DNA from: Myxococcales bacterium
GTDB lineage: Bacteria > Myxococcota_A > Bradymonadia > UBA7976 > UBA1532
Length of the DNA: 64,000 nt
NCBI GenBank assembly: GCA_009692505.1
Contig: SHZC01000001.1
Coordinates: 21,701 to 85,700, forward strand
Direction: 5' to 3'
The position numbers and the translations under genes are program-made. The notes beneath the pieces are model-generated. The model was not told where the DNA came from. It was given only the letters and a program-made list of their open reading frames with translations, and did no database searches. Below are positions 63,615-64,000 of this stretch, piece by piece. Numbering within the stretch: the first letter of the stretch is position 1; the number at the start of each line of letters is the position of its first letter.

Positions 63615-64000
63615 ATGTTCGCCATCGTCATTAATGAAAAGGGCGGTCAGCCCCGTCGCCAGGAGTTCCAAAAGAGCGAAGTGACGATCGGGCGGGTGCA
63701 GGGCAACGACATCATCTTGCCCAAGCAGAACGTCTCGAAGCGGCACAGTCGCATCGTCGTCAAAGACGGGAAGTTCATCATCGTCGACCTCAAGTCGACG
63801 AACGGCACCTACGTCAATGGTCGGAAGATCGCCTCACCGATGGTGATCAAGTCCTCGGACAAGATTTACATCGGCGACTTCATCATGTCGGTCGACGCCC
63901 TCGATGGCGCGAGCGCGATGAGCGGCGGCGACGTGGGTTTGCCCTCGCCGATGCCCGATTCGCGCCCGACGCCCATGCCCGCCGCACCGCCCCCTCCGGC
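63615..64000 (+). CDS. FHA-domain protein, 3'-truncated by the window edge (possibly an FHA-CpaF/TadA-type ATPase)
   Basis: AAGGAG RBS, ATG 63615: MFAIVINEKGG...VTIGRVQGNDIILPKQNVSKRHSRI...DLKSTNGTYVNG, then a Pro-rich linker; not in the ORF track. Confidence 0.88.
   Translation, partial: MFAIVINEKGGQPRRQEFQKSEVTIGRVQGNDIILPKQNVSKRHSRIVVKDGKFIIVDLKSTNGTYVNGRKIASPMVIKSSDKIYIGDFIMSVDALDGASAMSGGDVGLPSPMPDSRPTPMPAAPPPP

Overview
High-GC chromosomal window from a Myxococcota-type (deltaproteobacterial) bacterium. I found no rRNA, tRNA, CRISPR array, IS element or prophage. Contents from left to right: ABC-2 exporter + DUF420; an outer-membrane barrel with an NtrC-type sigma54 regulator; a peptidase/beta-propeller/Omp85 protein, a YciB-like membrane protein and an Ig + BPI/LBP-like lipoprotein; rsmI; a ~22 kb Agl-Glt gliding-type cluster (giant AgmK/GltI-like TPR protein, TPR lipoprotein, gltG-F-E-D-C, divergent cglC/gltK-like gene); yraN and the rpsP-khpA-rimM-trmD-rplS operon; a divergent pair of sulfatase-fold genes; convergent scpB/scpA; site-2 protease, xerD, glnD, mutS; a DnaJ-type gene with a sigma54-like promoter and three palindromes; a Cys/Asp/Gly-rich surface lipoprotein; a PilZ-HDOD-GAF/EBP module; pyk, an FdhF/YdeP oxidoreductase, pfkA and a partial FHA gene. 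The best candidate for novelty is the 4.7-10.4 kb envelope locus. It holds a lipoprotein whose last ~458 aa resemble the eukaryotic two-domain BPI/LBP/CETP lipid-binding proteins, next to an Omp85 gene whose 3' end is tandemly duplicated (95-bp period) to give a coupled 32-aa beta-signal mini-ORF. All family assignments come from motif recognition by eye and need HMM or structure confirmation.
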